A stretch of DNA of 56,419 nucleotides, the filler included, from Dimargaris cristalligena (Eukaryota): assembly GCA_003614675.1 (NCBI GenBank). It is 3 parts of 3 records of this genome, joined end to end, with 100 filler letters (N's around TTAATTAATTAA, not from the genome) between each part and the next. Parts side by side here need not be neighbours in the genome. Positions count along the whole stretch, not along the records: positions 18,867 to 37,605 come from ML002756.1; positions 37,706 to 56,419 come from ML002758.1; 1 more part is not named here. One strand, 5' to 3'. Each line of letters begins with the position of its first letter. Position 1 is the first letter of the stretch. Below are positions 34,095 through 47,321 of this stretch, piece after piece. Position numbers and translations under genes: made by a program. Below the pieces are notes generated by a model. It was not told the origin of the DNA and did no database searches. It saw only the letters and a program-made list of their open reading frames with translations.

Positions 34095-35439
34095 GGCCTC
34101 GCCCCTTCGTCACTATACGTCTTGCATTACCACATCCCTGATTCTATATTCACCAACGGTATTATTTTTGCAACACTATTTCATCCCCAAGTACTTCCTC
34201 TTATATATAGGGATAATCCTGAGGGTGATTTTTTTAAGTATCTTATTTTTATTTTTGATATCAGCTCCCCGCCCCATAGATATTATTTTATTGATTCGGC
34301 AGCTGTTATCCCCTCACTTTAGGAGGGTGTGAACCTCACATCATCTATAATGCCGGATTTTTTCAGTGCCCTGCTTTAGAACCGACTCCAAATTAGTTGA
34401 GATCAGGCCCATTTGGCAAACTATTTTATTATTAATTGTGCCTACTTCTATTTACCTCGTATTTTATTTTAGTAGTACCATCATCAACCCCGTTATCATT
34501 GCGCTATAATTCGTAGGATTATTTTTACTATATATTATTTTACATTGCGGTTATCTTCTTACCCATTGCATACATTGATAATATTCGACTCCATTGTGTT
34601 ATTACTGACTATAAACTCCTCAATATATTCTACTACAGGATACGGGTAGGTCCTGTTAAATCCAATACTACATATTCCTTGAAACTCCACCCATAGTAGT
34701 AGTGGTTAAGAAAATTGAGTATGAGCGCCTGATCCATGATTGCGCAATTTTCGCCCAAATTCGACATGTACGGTTATAGTTACCATGCTTTTGTTGTAAA
34801 GTACCGGCGGAGTTGGCGATTTTCGAACAGGGGGAGGGGTTGTACGGCGAAGCAGCAGTGATGGTCATTAAACACAATGGCCACTGGGAGAGGGATAATT
34901 TGTGTTTGGTGAGAGTGTGAATCGCTAGCTTGCATGAGTTTAGGTGTGCTAGTGGTGGGCCTGGGTTGAAATCGGTTGCTGGTCAATACAAAAAAGGGTG
35001 ATTACCAATCGATGTATATATTCAACTACTGTATATAATAAACATGGGGAAAGGGGCACACGTCCGCCTCATCTTCCTTGTGTTTCTTGTGAGTTGACTG
35101 TAATTATAAAGTACTTGGGCAATATCACCACCCTTGGCCAATCTGGCCATATGTTCATTACTGTGAACAAATCTCCAATCTCCAGCCTCACTCATCAATA
35201 ATCACTCTCCTCGCCTAAAATCAACCCCCTTCACAAATACAGCTTCCTTTTCTTCTGTTGTTCTTTGCTGACAGTTGGTATACTGTACTATATCCTCTAG
35301 ATTCCCCTGTAGTTTAGTTGTCATTTGACGTCGTCTTAGTTTAGGCACCTGTCAGGCATTACCTTGGTAACCCCCTGGGTTTATATAGATGGCTTGTCCT
35401 ATTGGTATTTGGTCCTTCATTGATTATTTCGCCCCTTTC

Positions 35440-37300
35440 ATTTTTGGCCCTGTTTTCACAGCCATTACTCTATTATTTATAATTGGAATCATACAACCCA
35501 TTCATTTGCTTGGTTAGGGTCACATAATACCTTTTGGAATGCTGAATTGATGGGTAAATACAATTACTTTCAGATGAAACTTAAAAGATTTAAAGAAGAG
35601 AGAAAGAACCACAAGGGGCAAACTTAGATGCTTATGGTTGGCTTTATTGGATTGGAATATGGCAAAAATAGAAATAAAAACATTGTTCCAAGAATAGGAT
35701 GAGCTAATCAGAGTGATGGAGTCAGTAGGGCAGGAGAAATGAATTTCCAATAGTTTATGTATCACAAGCTGGTGTGCAACAGTGGGGTAGCTACTCTGCT
35801 AGTTTTAAAAACAAGGACCCACCTACTGAGATGTGCATAATTTAGCAAAAAGAAATAAGTATGCTCTAAGTTAACCACAGTGAAAGGGATCATGTTGGTA
35901 TAACTACAGATTCTCTCAATAATAATCCAAGATAGACTAAAGATGAAGTTTATTTTAAGATAGATAGAAGTAGGAAAGAACCACAAGATGAGAATTAAGC
36001 TCATCGCAGTGGTATTTGTTGAGTGTAGTTTCAACCAATAGGATCACTCAAAATACCCAATACAGTAAATGGTACTTGGGGGGAGATGCAGTCCAACAGA
36101 TCATACTCTGCAGATGATAATTGCAAGTTAAGTCATTAGTATTATGGCAGGTAAAAAATAAGATATCTTTATACAAGGTATATGCTCTGTAACTATTTAG
36201 ATTCACTAAATCCAATATGCAAACACTGTGGAAACAGCTATAAATGAGGTCAGAATGGTCTTCTTTCAAATGACATATAACTATTGTCAATAAGGATAAT
36301 ATTCATCATCAGAAACTGTGAAAATATGATCCCCAGATGATTTGAAATTGTAACAAAGCTCTAATGATCCTGATGGCAACTCTGGCAGAGATCCCTGACT
36401 AATATCATTGAGGGTGGTGGTGGGGACATATTTCAAATATAGAGAATCTTCAATAGTATAGATTAAACTTTATTAATATAAATATTTGGCATTGTAGATA
36501 AGTATATTAGTTGGAGGAGAGGTCCAATGACCACAAGGCTCTATTACTATGGTATACATTTAGCCTCTCTATGGGCATGATTATATTGATGCCTCTGGAA
36601 TAAAAAAACAAGAAAAAAATCCTAAGGGGGGGTATTGGCAGGGTAACCTACTTCTGGGGAATACAAAGTGGTTATTATGTGAGTACCAGGGAAAACCAAA
36701 AAGGAGAAAAACCTCTAGGAAGATGACAGGGAGACCTGTAGGTGGTGGGTATTAGTTAGACCCAGACCAGGTGGTGCAGTTTAATGTTATAACTACTATT
36801 GTGATATAGCTAAATATCCATAGTTAGTATTTACATTGACCTTATTTATTTTCCCCCCTTAATTTAAACCACTCTCTACAATTAGGTGATTAGTTAAGGA
36901 ATTAACACTGCTGGTCCAAGTATTTCCCTTTTATAAGTTGTTTTTATTATTATGGTTATATTGACCTTCCTTAGTAAGTGTTGGGTTATCTAGCAGTAGA
37001 TCCTTCTAGATTAGGAAGGTACTATATCAGACAATGGGGATGGCCCAGATAATAAGTATAGTACCTGGCCTAAGGCTGGAAATGGTCTTATACCACACCC
37101 CCCACTCCCTCCATGGTTTGTGGAGGCTCTTTCCTGGTTACTACATATTATTCAATAAACTAGCTATGCTATATTTTGGTCTTGCCTATTAGGCACTTTA
37201 TAAACATTATATTATTATACAATAATTATATATTTACACCTAATTGGATTATTTTTCTGAGTACCACATTTATACCCTTGCTGTACTCTATTAACAAGTA
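35440..37300. mobile_element. AT-rich, CpG-depleted degenerate transposon relic (family D at 35753-36186, interrupted by a solo LTR)
   Basis: Almost no CG dinucleotides and no long ORF. Homologous to 19630-19864. Confidence 0.6.
35893..36098 (+). mobile_element. Solo LTR, family B (206 bp), with 5-bp TSD GATCA
   Basis: Perfect TGTTGG...CCAACA termini, with GATCA at 35888-35892 and 36099-36103. The corresponding empty site is at 19725-19729. Confidence 0.92.
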
Positions 37301-37349
37301 TCAGCTATTCCTTTAACCTATTATAAGTTTGTTTATACCTTTTATACCT

Positions 37350-37605
37350 TTTTTTTATTATACCAATGGGTATAACTTTAGCCTTAGCCAATTATTAGTT
37401 CAAGTACCTTTTTAAATGCCATTGTTTTTGTTATACCAATGGGTATAATCATTTTTATTCATCTAATTATTAGTTTGAAGTTCCCTTTTTCACCATTATT
37501 TTGGTGATACTAACAAATGGTTTACCATTTAAAAACCAATAATACAATTTGAAGACCCTTGTCTTTACTTTTGTTTTGGTTATACAAATGTGTCTGATCT
37601 TTTAG
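37350..37605 (+). repeat. Degenerate ~74-bp tandem repeat with palindromic core TTATACC-AATG-GGTATAA
   Basis: Cores at 37358, 37431, ~37505 and ~37580. The array runs into the contig end. Confidence 0.6.
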
Positions 37606-37705
37606 NNNNNNNNNNNNNNNNNNNNNNNNNNNNNNNNNNNNNNNNNNNNTTAATTAATTAANNNNNNNNNNNNNNNNNNNNNNNNNNNNNNNNNNNNNNN
37701 NNNNN
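37606..37705. other. Artificial contig spacer
   Basis: N44-TTAATTAATTAA-N44, identical to the first spacer. Confidence 0.97.
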
Positions 37706-38592
37706 AAGTATAGCCCCTCATTGGCCAGTTTTCTGCTGTGAAAAGGGTTTACTTACTTTATGATGTAGCTGGTGTAGATTATGTGTATTTGCCATTTAGA
37801 ATTATTTATTAGGTGATTAATTGCCAAAGGAAAGGAGGTATGAGTAACCTGGGAAGCTCAAAGGTTTGGTAGAATTGGTGGTTATTTGTATTTGGGTAGA
37901 TTGGTGGGAATTAGTAAGAGATTTTAAAGTACTAGAAGGGTAGTTTAATTAATAAAACACAGTTTCTATACACTAGCTGCAAGATTATATATAAAAGAAA
38001 GTTTAGGTTTATTGTAATTTAATTTAGTATAGAAATAGTCCTATAAAAAGTAGTAGAAAATAGCCTAAAAAATATTGAAAAAGAGTGGAAAGTAGTTAAA
38101 GCAAGTTAATTTGCTGCTAGTCCGGTTGCCAGATATTAATTTACATAGTATAGTTTTTTTTTTGGCTTTCCTGAGTCATTATTCATAGATTTATTATAGG
38201 TCTTATGATTGATTGCAGGGTCAGTGATCATTTTTCCCTCATTTTTAAAAAAAGTCCCATTGATGTGCCTATCTTCCGTTTCGATAAAAAAATAGTACCG
38301 CTACATCATTTGGAACTTTCATCCAAATTGTTTTATAGTTACATTGAACTTTACCCATATTATAAAAACGAGTCGTGATACTGAGATATATAGATATATA
38401 AATTATTTAGTGCTGCGGTTATAAGCAATGGATTTCCAACAATAAAATATCTTGGGAGGTATACGAACTGGCCCTGGTCCCTGGCCGAACTAGGGCTTGT
38501 TAATTATAATATACCGAAATACAGTCATGATGCTATCGGATATATATACACTAAAAAGAAATTGAAAAAAAAACTAGGATAGGTGACTGCAA

Positions 38593-40394
38593 TCATCCAT
38601 ACTTGACCGCAGCTTCGAAACCCCGATTTTGCAGTAAATGGTGGGTAATCCCCCACTCCTGAAAATTGCCGTAAGCGAACATTTCTGAGCAGGCCATATT
38701 ATAAATACGCCACCTTTGGAACCATTTCCGCGCTATTTGTTCCCCGCGCGCACTTTGGGGGTCTGCCCCAACGAGGGGGGCGTAAATCCGGGCCAAAACG
38801 GGTAAAGCCTGGTCCCGGTGGCGGTCGAGGTTTCGGAGCCAGCATTCCGAGGTTCGGTGGAAATGGGTACCGTTATGGTACCATTGGTCCACCATACGGA
38901 GGTGGGACTGGAAATAGAGGTAAAGGTCCCGGCTGGGCATGCAACCGCCGGTAAAGAAATGGCGCGCCATCCAGGAATGGTCATCATCAACATTGAAATG
39001 GTACGGCACTTCGCGGTGTGAAAGGGTTTCGGCAAATAGGAGACCGTCCGGATACAGCCAGCGGGAAAGTTTGGCAAAGAGGAGTTCGTAATTTTTCATG
39101 TGCTCGATCATTTCGATGGTGACGATGCGGTGGAATCTACATGTAGATATATATATATATATATATGAATGTGTATGTGTGTGTGTGTGTCAGTACGTGT
39201 GGAACATTCTAAAATTTGGGATATCATACCCAAGGATGACCCCATTATGAAAAGGTGGGTTCAGGCGATGTGGTATATGTTATATAGCATATGATATTCA
39301 ATTGATCAATGGATAGTACTTACTTCCGCTCCGACTCCCACTCGTAATCTACGATATCACCGGTGACTGTTTCGATATTCGTTACCCCTAATTTCCTGGA
39401 TTGTTCTTCCACAAACTGTGCCTGGGAGAATGAGTTTGAAAACGCCGTTATCCGGGATTTAGGATACCTCTAGATACCGGTTGTGTTTATGAAGGGATGT
39501 TCTCCGTAGAATATATTAGTGAATCGACCCCACCGTTTCCAATCATCCTTGATAGGCAGCTAGGGAAGTAGTGCAGGGAGAGTGTTTTTATATGCTAAAC
39601 AACGGTGCACTTAATTCAATCAACACCAGACGAGAAGTGGATTGGTTTAGTGTAAGTGAGTGATAATATCGTGGACGATGGACCTACCTTGGCTATGAAT
39701 AATGTAAGGCTTCCCCAGCCCGAACCGAGATCCAATATGTCGAGCCCGTCTTGAATCCGGGCTCGCTCACAGTACACCTCCAGCATGCGATTTTCGGCTT
39801 CTTCAATGGTGTCAACGCCATCGGCAAATAGACCGCAGGAGTATTTCATATTTGAGCCCATGAACAGCGCCATGAATTCGGCGGGCACCTATTGGTTGGG
39901 GTGTGAGGGGTATTCATTTAAGAATAAAAAAGGTTAGTAGTGTGTGGGTGCGGGGTGTAAAGAAAAGCAAGTAAGGGATGTGTAAAATGAGACAGAATAT
40001 AACTTGGGTAAGTTTCATATATACCCTGTTGGAAATACTGGTTTATTCGCAGGGTCCTGAATAAATAGGTCAAAAGCACGGACTCCATACAACAGGTAAA
40101 ATCGAATACCAGTTTGACTAATTATACGCCGTACATGCAATGCAGAGGATGACAAATAATTCGTTTTTAGTCGAATTCCAGACTTACCTCATAATGCTGG
40201 TCATTGGCTTTTTCCATGCTGATGGCAATGGGCATGGCTTTGAGATCGTTGATAAAATTCATCTTATATTCGAACTTTTTTTCTTCGTCGTCGTGGTACA
40301 GCTCCCGGATCCTCGATTGAAGCAGCTGACGAATACCTACTCGGATCACACGGTCAGGCAAATATCCACTATCCAACAAGGAGTCGTACCACAT
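38593..40394 (-). CDS. SAM-dependent methyltransferase, coclaurine N-methyltransferase-like / CFA-synthase family; exons 40394-40188, 39888-39688, 39469-39324, 39136-38593 (365 aa)
   Basis: Motifs ANDQHYE|VP, MKYSC, SAM motif ILDLGSGWGSL, SNS, TIEMIEHMKNY, WMARHFFTGG and CSEMFAY. Canonical, phase-compatible introns. Confidence 0.9.
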
Positions 40395-41804
40395 GGCGGT
40401 GAATAGGACTAAGGAGGAAAGGTGCGGGGGCCTTGGAAGTCGGGCTATGATTGGTATGAACCAAGGCGGGAAAGGTGGGGGGAGGGTGGAAACTACTAAG
40501 CCTAGATGAATGGAAGAGAAATATTTACAGCTTAGGGCCAGATTAGAATATAGCAGTCAAGAGCGGACAGTGGCTAGTTAAAATAAAGTAGGCGCCTAAA
40601 CGACACCCTCGACTATTGGATGAGCCAGTCACTATTAGAGGATAGGGTAGTTGTAAAGGCTGGGATGTCTCAAAGTAATTAAGTTAAAGTCCAAGAACTG
40701 GAGCGGAGCTGGCCCATGTGTAGAGGTTTATGAAAAGGATGTAAGCATGGTAATAAAATTGACAATAAAAATCAAATGCCAAATAAAGCCGGTTAGATAG
40801 CCAAAGGAGGAGCAACGTAAAGCACTAAACTGCACCGTTTCGGTACGGGCAAAAACACAAGCACATAGTTATTTTATTTTATTTTTGAGTAGTTGCGTTC
40901 CGACCTTGTATAATAGGGAAATCATCGGCCTGAGGACCCCAATCTGCAGTTCAGCCAGTGCATTCGCCCTCACTATAGTGATTTTCTAAATATATATAGG
41001 GCCCTAGGTGAATCTAAAACCAGGACCCTAAAACCTTGGTGAAGAATGCAAAGGGTTGAGGGAGAAAAAAATACGAATCTCCGGCCCTCAGGTTCCCCTA
41101 CTTACTTAAGGGTCATGGATCCTGGCTCGTAGGAGCGAACCCTGAGTTTCACCCAGGGGCAGTCGCTCAATCTGATACTAACACTCGATCTAAATTCCAA
41201 GATAGGTCTATAGGCTGGGTTGGATTGGCATAGCTATGGTTAGAGTCGGAGGAAAGAAGGGGATGGTCAATTATGCTTTTGGTGTTGGAGCATCGGTCGA
41301 AGAAGGCTGTGTGTGGTGTGGTCAATTTTCGATGGTTAGCAAATAAGGACGAAGGGGCTAAGCCAAGTGGTGATCGTTGATTAAAATTGGGTAGGAGAGG
41401 AGGGCGACGATGGCGAATACATCGCAATGCGCCCCCCTGTTTAAGTACGGGGTTGGCTGGGGACCATAGGAGGTAAAACCGTCGGGACATAATCACTCAA
41501 TGCGATATGATGAGTGCACTCGCCCTTTTATAAATAGCACCCCTACTCGGCCAAATAAAACCCAGTGTGTCAACTATCATGAAATTTTAAGCGCAGAATC
41601 GATTATAAAACAATATAGTTTGGGCATAACAGAAGATCTGATCTCGCTATTCGACTGGCGGGACAGTATATTTTATCTATTTTTTACATCTATTTAACAA
41701 GGGTAACGGACTACTACTAATGGCCTAGGCAAAGTCTAAGCTAGAATAGCTCAGGGGTCCACCAACTAGCCGGTAAAGGTGTAGTTTCCTGGGTAGTATA
41801 GTAT

Positions 41805-42407
41805 TTACTCCTTAACTAGAAATAGTAGGTAATTATTGGCGGGCATATCGACCACCTTGACCAATTTAAGCTGGTGAATAAGCGCCGCATGGGCCACATC
41901 GTCGATATCGCGTAGTCCCCACTGGGGATTTTTCGCCCGTAGGTCCCGATCGAACGTCTCGTTGGACTCGGTCGTGAATTCGCCGTCCCGTTTGAACGGA
42001 CCATAAATGCACAGATAGCGATGTGTCCTTAGAATGGTGCTGGCCCCCCGCAATAGACCCAGGGTGACTTCCCAAGGGGCGATGTGGGTCAAATTAGTAA
42101 CCAGAACGAGGTCGTAGCGGTGGTAGGCGAGGGGTTCCCATTGGGTTTGGTTCGCAGCATCCAAGAACAGGGGGGGGCGGACGTTACTGAGGCGGAAATG
42201 GTCAATGTGGGCCTGGATACTCGGAAGTAGGTCGCGGTTGAACTCGGAGGGTTGGAATATGGTGCTCGGACAGCCACTGGCGAAATAGGCGACGTGTTGG
42301 CCGGTACCGGAACTGACCTCGAGAACGTGGGCGGCCGACTGGATATGGGGACGGAGCTGGTCAAACAGCGGCTGCTTGTTGCGTTCGGCGGACGGATAGG
42401 TTTGCAT
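41805..42407 (-). CDS. METTL26/DUF938 family methyltransferase (200 aa)
   Basis: Motifs PSAERNKQP, VLEVSSGTGQH, NLTHIAPW, YGPF, SNETFD, WGLRD and MPANN. ATG at 42407. Confidence 0.92.
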   Translation of the reverse strand: MQTYPSAERNKQPLFDQLRPHIQSAAHVLEVSSGTGQHVAYFASGCPSTIFQPSEFNRDLLPSIQAHIDHFRLSNVRPPLFLDAANQTQWEPLAYHRYDLVLVTNLTHIAPWEVTLGLLRGASTILRTHRYLCIYGPFKRDGEFTTESNETFDRDLRAKNPQWGLRDIDDVAHAALIHQLKLVKVVDMPANNYLLFLVKE

Positions 42408-42608
42408 GGTATTTGGGGAGGGGCGAATGGGGCGGGGTGGTGTGTCAGTGTGTATGTGGGGGGGAATAGGCTGGGAAGAGGCGGGGGCCAAGGGAAGGAG
42501 GGCAAGGTGAGAAGAGGGTGTTAGGTTAGAAAGTGAAAAACGCGAAGGAGTTGGGTGTTATACAAGTATATATATATTCAAATATAAATATAGGTCTGTG
42601 AATGAGAA

Positions 42609-42652
42609 AGAGAGAGAGAGAGAGAGAGAGTGTGTGTGTGTGTGTGTGTGTG
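42609..42652. repeat. Compound (AG)n(TG)n microsatellite
   Basis: Directly visible dinucleotide runs. Confidence 0.9.
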
Positions 42653-43246
42653 CGCAGCTCCTCCGTATGCCTTGTAGGGGCAAATTACATAGCCATACAA
42701 TCATCGCGAAAATCATATCAGATAAAACGGAGGAGCATTGGCTGCTGTTATCAGTTCTTTGGTGGAGCTTCGTGATAGTAGTAGTAGTGTGCTCCATATA
42801 AGCGGTTTACCGCCCGGCGATTTGCAGAGCTGGATGACGAAGGAACCAACCAAATATGATTTCCCTCCTCATCCAATCTTGGGGATTTAATTCTCGCCAA
42901 TCGAGGCAAAATAAATCCCAAGTTGTATCTCTTCCAGCGAAAGGAAGAAAACCCACTTGCGAATTCTCTCGCTCACTCACCCTACTAAAGTCGCGTTGCC
43001 CTCTGTCACCACCACTATACATTCCTTGACCAGACTAAGAAAAAAAAAGGGTGTCAAGGGCGGAAAACGTACCCAGCAAGCGGGACAAGGCATTTACTAG
43101 GCTATACCTATTGGTCCTTGGAGTATAGGAATCCGGCTGGTTCAAGGTACACGAGCCCATAGGACGTTAACATTGCAACTTTTTTTTTTGGAATTATACC
43201 TATATAGTGTTCAAATCAACCCCTCTCTATTTTTTCTATAACTCTC

Positions 43247-44485
43247 ATGGCCAAGAAGAAGTCAGCCTCGAGCCAATCCAAGGGTCAGGCAAGCGAACCA
43301 GCTAAACCAATCGCCAAACAGAGTAAGCAGAAACTAAGGCCATCGTGGGGGAGTGGCTAAGTGCTGGAGGAAGGGAAAGAGGGATGTAAACTAAAATAGT
43401 CCAACTGGGCAATGAACCCCCAGACTCCCCCACCAGTCCCGCCAAGTGGGCGGCGGTAAGCCCAACTCAACAAGCCATCCCCACCCCATTTGACCTATTC
43501 GCAGAAGAGAGGCCATTTCCATAACTGTGATCCATTCACACCAATGCTCATCCATTTTTGATTATTTACGGCCAATTCTGCACTTAAACTTAACATCCCT
43601 ATAATAAGCCTCCACTGAAATCGATGATATTTTCGCCGCTAAATCCACCAAGCCGGCCTCTAAATCCAAATCCAAATCCAAATCCAAAACTAAGCATAGT
43701 TCGGCCTCATCAAAAGAGACCAACCCTGGCAGCAACCCTGCCTCTGTCAATGCGGACGTAGACGTAGAGGTGGGTGTGGATGCGGGTGCTGATAATACAA
43801 CTGCTACTGTAACTACCAAACCCACCAAAGTAACGTCCAAGGCCAAACCGACGGAATCGACCAAACGGAAAGCCACCTCGGCGTTCAAGGACGACGATGG
43901 TTTCTTCGATACCCGTGGGACCCGAACCAGTAAGTAAACCTCTAAACTCCGTGTAAACTAGCCAGCTAGTCGTTTGATCCCCCTGATTTGACACCATGTT
44001 AATAGGTTGGTGTAAGGAAGGGAGAAAGAGATGGAATGCCCGCGGCACGGTTCTCATTACCCCCTATACCATATGTGCGTTATATGTTTTGATTGCGAAT
44101 CCTTGTAGAACAAAAAACGGTGGATGGTTATCACATCTACACGCTTACTGACTTGAAGATTGGCCAAGGTGGAGGTAAGTTTCCCAATCACCCATCTTCT
44201 CGATATTCCTTTATGGATGTATTGGTTTTTATTCATGAGGGGTCTCTCTCCGGAGAATAAGCGATATGGTTCGACCCATGGGTTTAGCTGGAGATGGATG
44301 GAATCGCTGGACCTGCGCCCCTTGCTTCAGCTGCCTCATGATAATAGACCAAGGCCACAAATCCCTTACGGTTTTGGATCTTGCCCTAGCTAATGATTCG
44401 GTTATGTCACTGCTATTCCTATATATTCAATTGACTACCTTCAGATACGGCGGAGTGCCCGTTTGACTGCGAATGCTGCTTTTAA
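43247..44485 (+). CDS. DUF1764 family small Lys-rich protein; exons 43247-43322, 43609-43929, 44109-44174, 44445-44485 (167 aa)
   Basis: Manual splicing gives STEIDDIF...DDDGFFDTRG...KTVDGYHIY...IGQGG-DTAECPFDCECCF*, the characteristic DUF1764 C-terminus. All three introns are phase 1. Absent from the ORF track. Confidence 0.88.
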
Positions 44486-45497
44486 ATACATATATATATA
44501 TATATAACGTCAATGGGCTCACCCTGATCAATACAACTATTTGCTAGTAGCCATTGAAGCGTCGTACGTGGAGAGTATATATCAGAAGAGGGGGATGGTG
44601 GGCTTATTGGAATTGGTATAAGTATAAATACCACCATTAATTTAGGAATATTTACGAAGTAGGGTGACCATGCGATTATTTCGGGGTTAGTTACAAAGAG
44701 AACGGGTGGGCCTGATTGGGGTATTTTTATCACCAAATTACCGACCGGTGTGCAGCAGGGAGAGATATAGTGGTAATCGCACCCCGAAAATACTCCGCGA
44801 AAGGACATGCTCAGTTTATTTGGGGCGTAACTGAACACAGTGCTATATATCGAAGCGAGGTGCCGGTCTCTATTTCCCGAGTAGGGTATGTACGGTTGTT
44901 TTGTTAACCCCCGAATCACGCGCACGGTGGTAGTATTTGAAGAACAGGTAAATATATCAATGGGGTGAAGGAGTGGGGGACAATAAGCTGTGCGCTGGTT
45001 GGCCACTCAGTCAATGGATTGGGGGAAACCACCACCAGTCCAGTGACGTTGATTTACCATGTGAGAACAACTACTTATGGTCCAAGTCAGTAGTAGTCAC
45101 AAGCAAAGGGCGTGCTATCTATTGTATTATATTATCTTATAAGCTGATAATGACTACTCCCCACCACTCCACTCACTTGCTGAATTTAGCACCTGATATG
45201 CGTCGTCGGTCGGGTGCTTTGCTTGCCTGGTGAATATGGGGGCTGAGGAGGCCGAGGGTGTGCTGTCTCCTCTTAAGAAAAGCGAGTCACCTCCTCTCTC
45301 TCTACTGCTGCTGCCTGAAACTCCTTTCTATGCTCTTTCATTGAACCGTAGGGGTTACATGATCTCTTTCCTTCTCCCACTTTCTTCCATCTACCCATAA
45401 GTTCTAGCTCCTTTCCGTACACCAACTAGATAAACCCTACCCACCAGTGTTCCTATCGTTCTCACTCACACTCCCAGCCCCCCCAGTTCCCACCACC

Positions 45498-46715
45498 ATG
45501 TCTTCTCTGCGTATCCTCGTCGGCTGCAAGCGAGTCATTGACTACGCCGTCAAAATCCGGGTCAACGCCGGCCAAACCGCCGTCGAAGTTGCCGGGGTCA
45601 AGCATTCCATGAACCCCTTTGACGAAATTGCCGTGGAAGAGGCCGTGCGACTGCGCGAGCGTCACACCAAGGACCCCGCCAGCGGGTCGCCCAAAGTCGA
45701 AGAGATCATCGCCGTGTCGTGCGGTCCCGCCAAAGCCCAGGAAACGTTGCGGACCGCCCTGGCCATGGGCGCCGACCGGGCCATCCATGTGGAAGTGGAC
45801 GAGAAACAGGCCGCTAATCTGCAACCGCTGGCCGTGGCCCAACTGTTCCGGGCGATTATCGAAAAGGAAAAACCCCACCTGGTGATTTTGGGCAAACAGG
45901 CCATCGATGACGATGCGGGCCAGACCGGCGAAATGTTGGCCGGTCTGCTTAATTGGCCCCAGGTAAGCCCCGCCCCCTTAGGATTTAGCGAAGGAGAGAA
46001 GAGCTATGTACATCTGTATCTCCTGGCTGGACGACCATCCACCCCCTTCCACTTATCTGCTTGACCCTTGAACTAACCCCCAACCCCGTTTGGGGCGCCT
46101 CTTATAACCAACCCTGCTATTATTGCTACCCGTCCATCCTTCCAGGGCACCTTCGCTAACAAGATCGATATCACGGGTGACAACGCCATGAAAGTAGTCC
46201 GCGAAATTGACGGCGGTCTGGAGACCCTGAGCACCAAGCTTCCCGCTGTTGTGACCACCGATCTGCGTCTGAACGAGCCCCGCTACGCCTCGCTGCCCAA
46301 CATCATGGTCAGTGATTTTGATTATATATCCCATACGCGCTAGCGTGTTGCACATACACACTCGTTCATTTTGATTTCCCCTACACCCGAATTTATCCGG
46401 ATAGAGAATGGGGGCAAAAGACTGTCGTGATTAAAAACACTCTTATACCACCCTACTGCATTATATAACCCTCACTAACACCTCTATACTTATTTTACTA
46501 CATATACATATATATATATATATATATACCCCCTCTAACAGAAAGCCAAGAAGAAGCCGTTGGTCAAGATGACACCCGCCGATCTGTCCGTGGACATTAC
46601 TCCCCGCCTGGAGACCATCAAGGTGACCGAACCCTCTAAGCGCCAGGGCGGTAAGAAGGTCGAAAGTGTGGACGAACTTTTGGATAAACTCAAGAACGAG
46701 GCCGGCGTTTTGTAA
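45498..46715 (+). CDS. ETFB: Electron transfer flavoprotein beta subunit; exons 45498-45962, 46146-46307, 46542-46715 (266 aa)
   Basis: Motifs [48 protein letters not shown] and [22 protein letters not shown]. Phase-0 introns. Confidence 0.96.
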
Positions 46716-47286
46716 ATACCATGCTCCACTCTCTTCTGCGCTACAGTGGGTGTGGCCATGGGTGCGGCAGTGGGGGGGAAGGGTTCTATATGGATTGTGA
46801 GTGACGGCTGCGATACCTCGGGACGGGGCTCCAACTTATATCCATGTCCATTTCTATTTCTATTTCTATTTCTATGGTTTGCCTGGGTTGAATGTATTAA
46901 TTTTTACACGTCGATAATCACCCTATTTCTTCGCCGTATACTCACTCATGGCTTCGTCTCTTTTCAACTCGTATTTTTTCCTTAAGCCATCTTCCCCATT
47001 ATCCCAAACCAAATTAAATATAGATCTATAATATTAAAGGATATCTCAGCTGCTACGAAGAAAAATTTATGGCCGCCCCGATGTATTTGGCGTTAGTTAG
47101 ATTGATACTACGCGGCCCACCCACCCTTCATCCGTAAGATCCACCCTTGGCTTTGTTAGACAGGATTATCATATAAATTCACCCTCCATCAGCTTGACTT
47201 TGTTTAAAGACAGTCCAAAAGTGCATGCAGGAGAATGGGTGGATTGAGCTATAGGGGGGGTATTGGGTGTGACGACGCCCATGAAT

Positions 47287-47321
<35 letters not shown>

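Noticed and set aside
41000-41160. Possible MITE or structured RNA with 13/16 imperfect terminal inverted repeats
   Set aside because: No TSD, no second copy in the window and no recognisable RNA motifs; compatible with chance.
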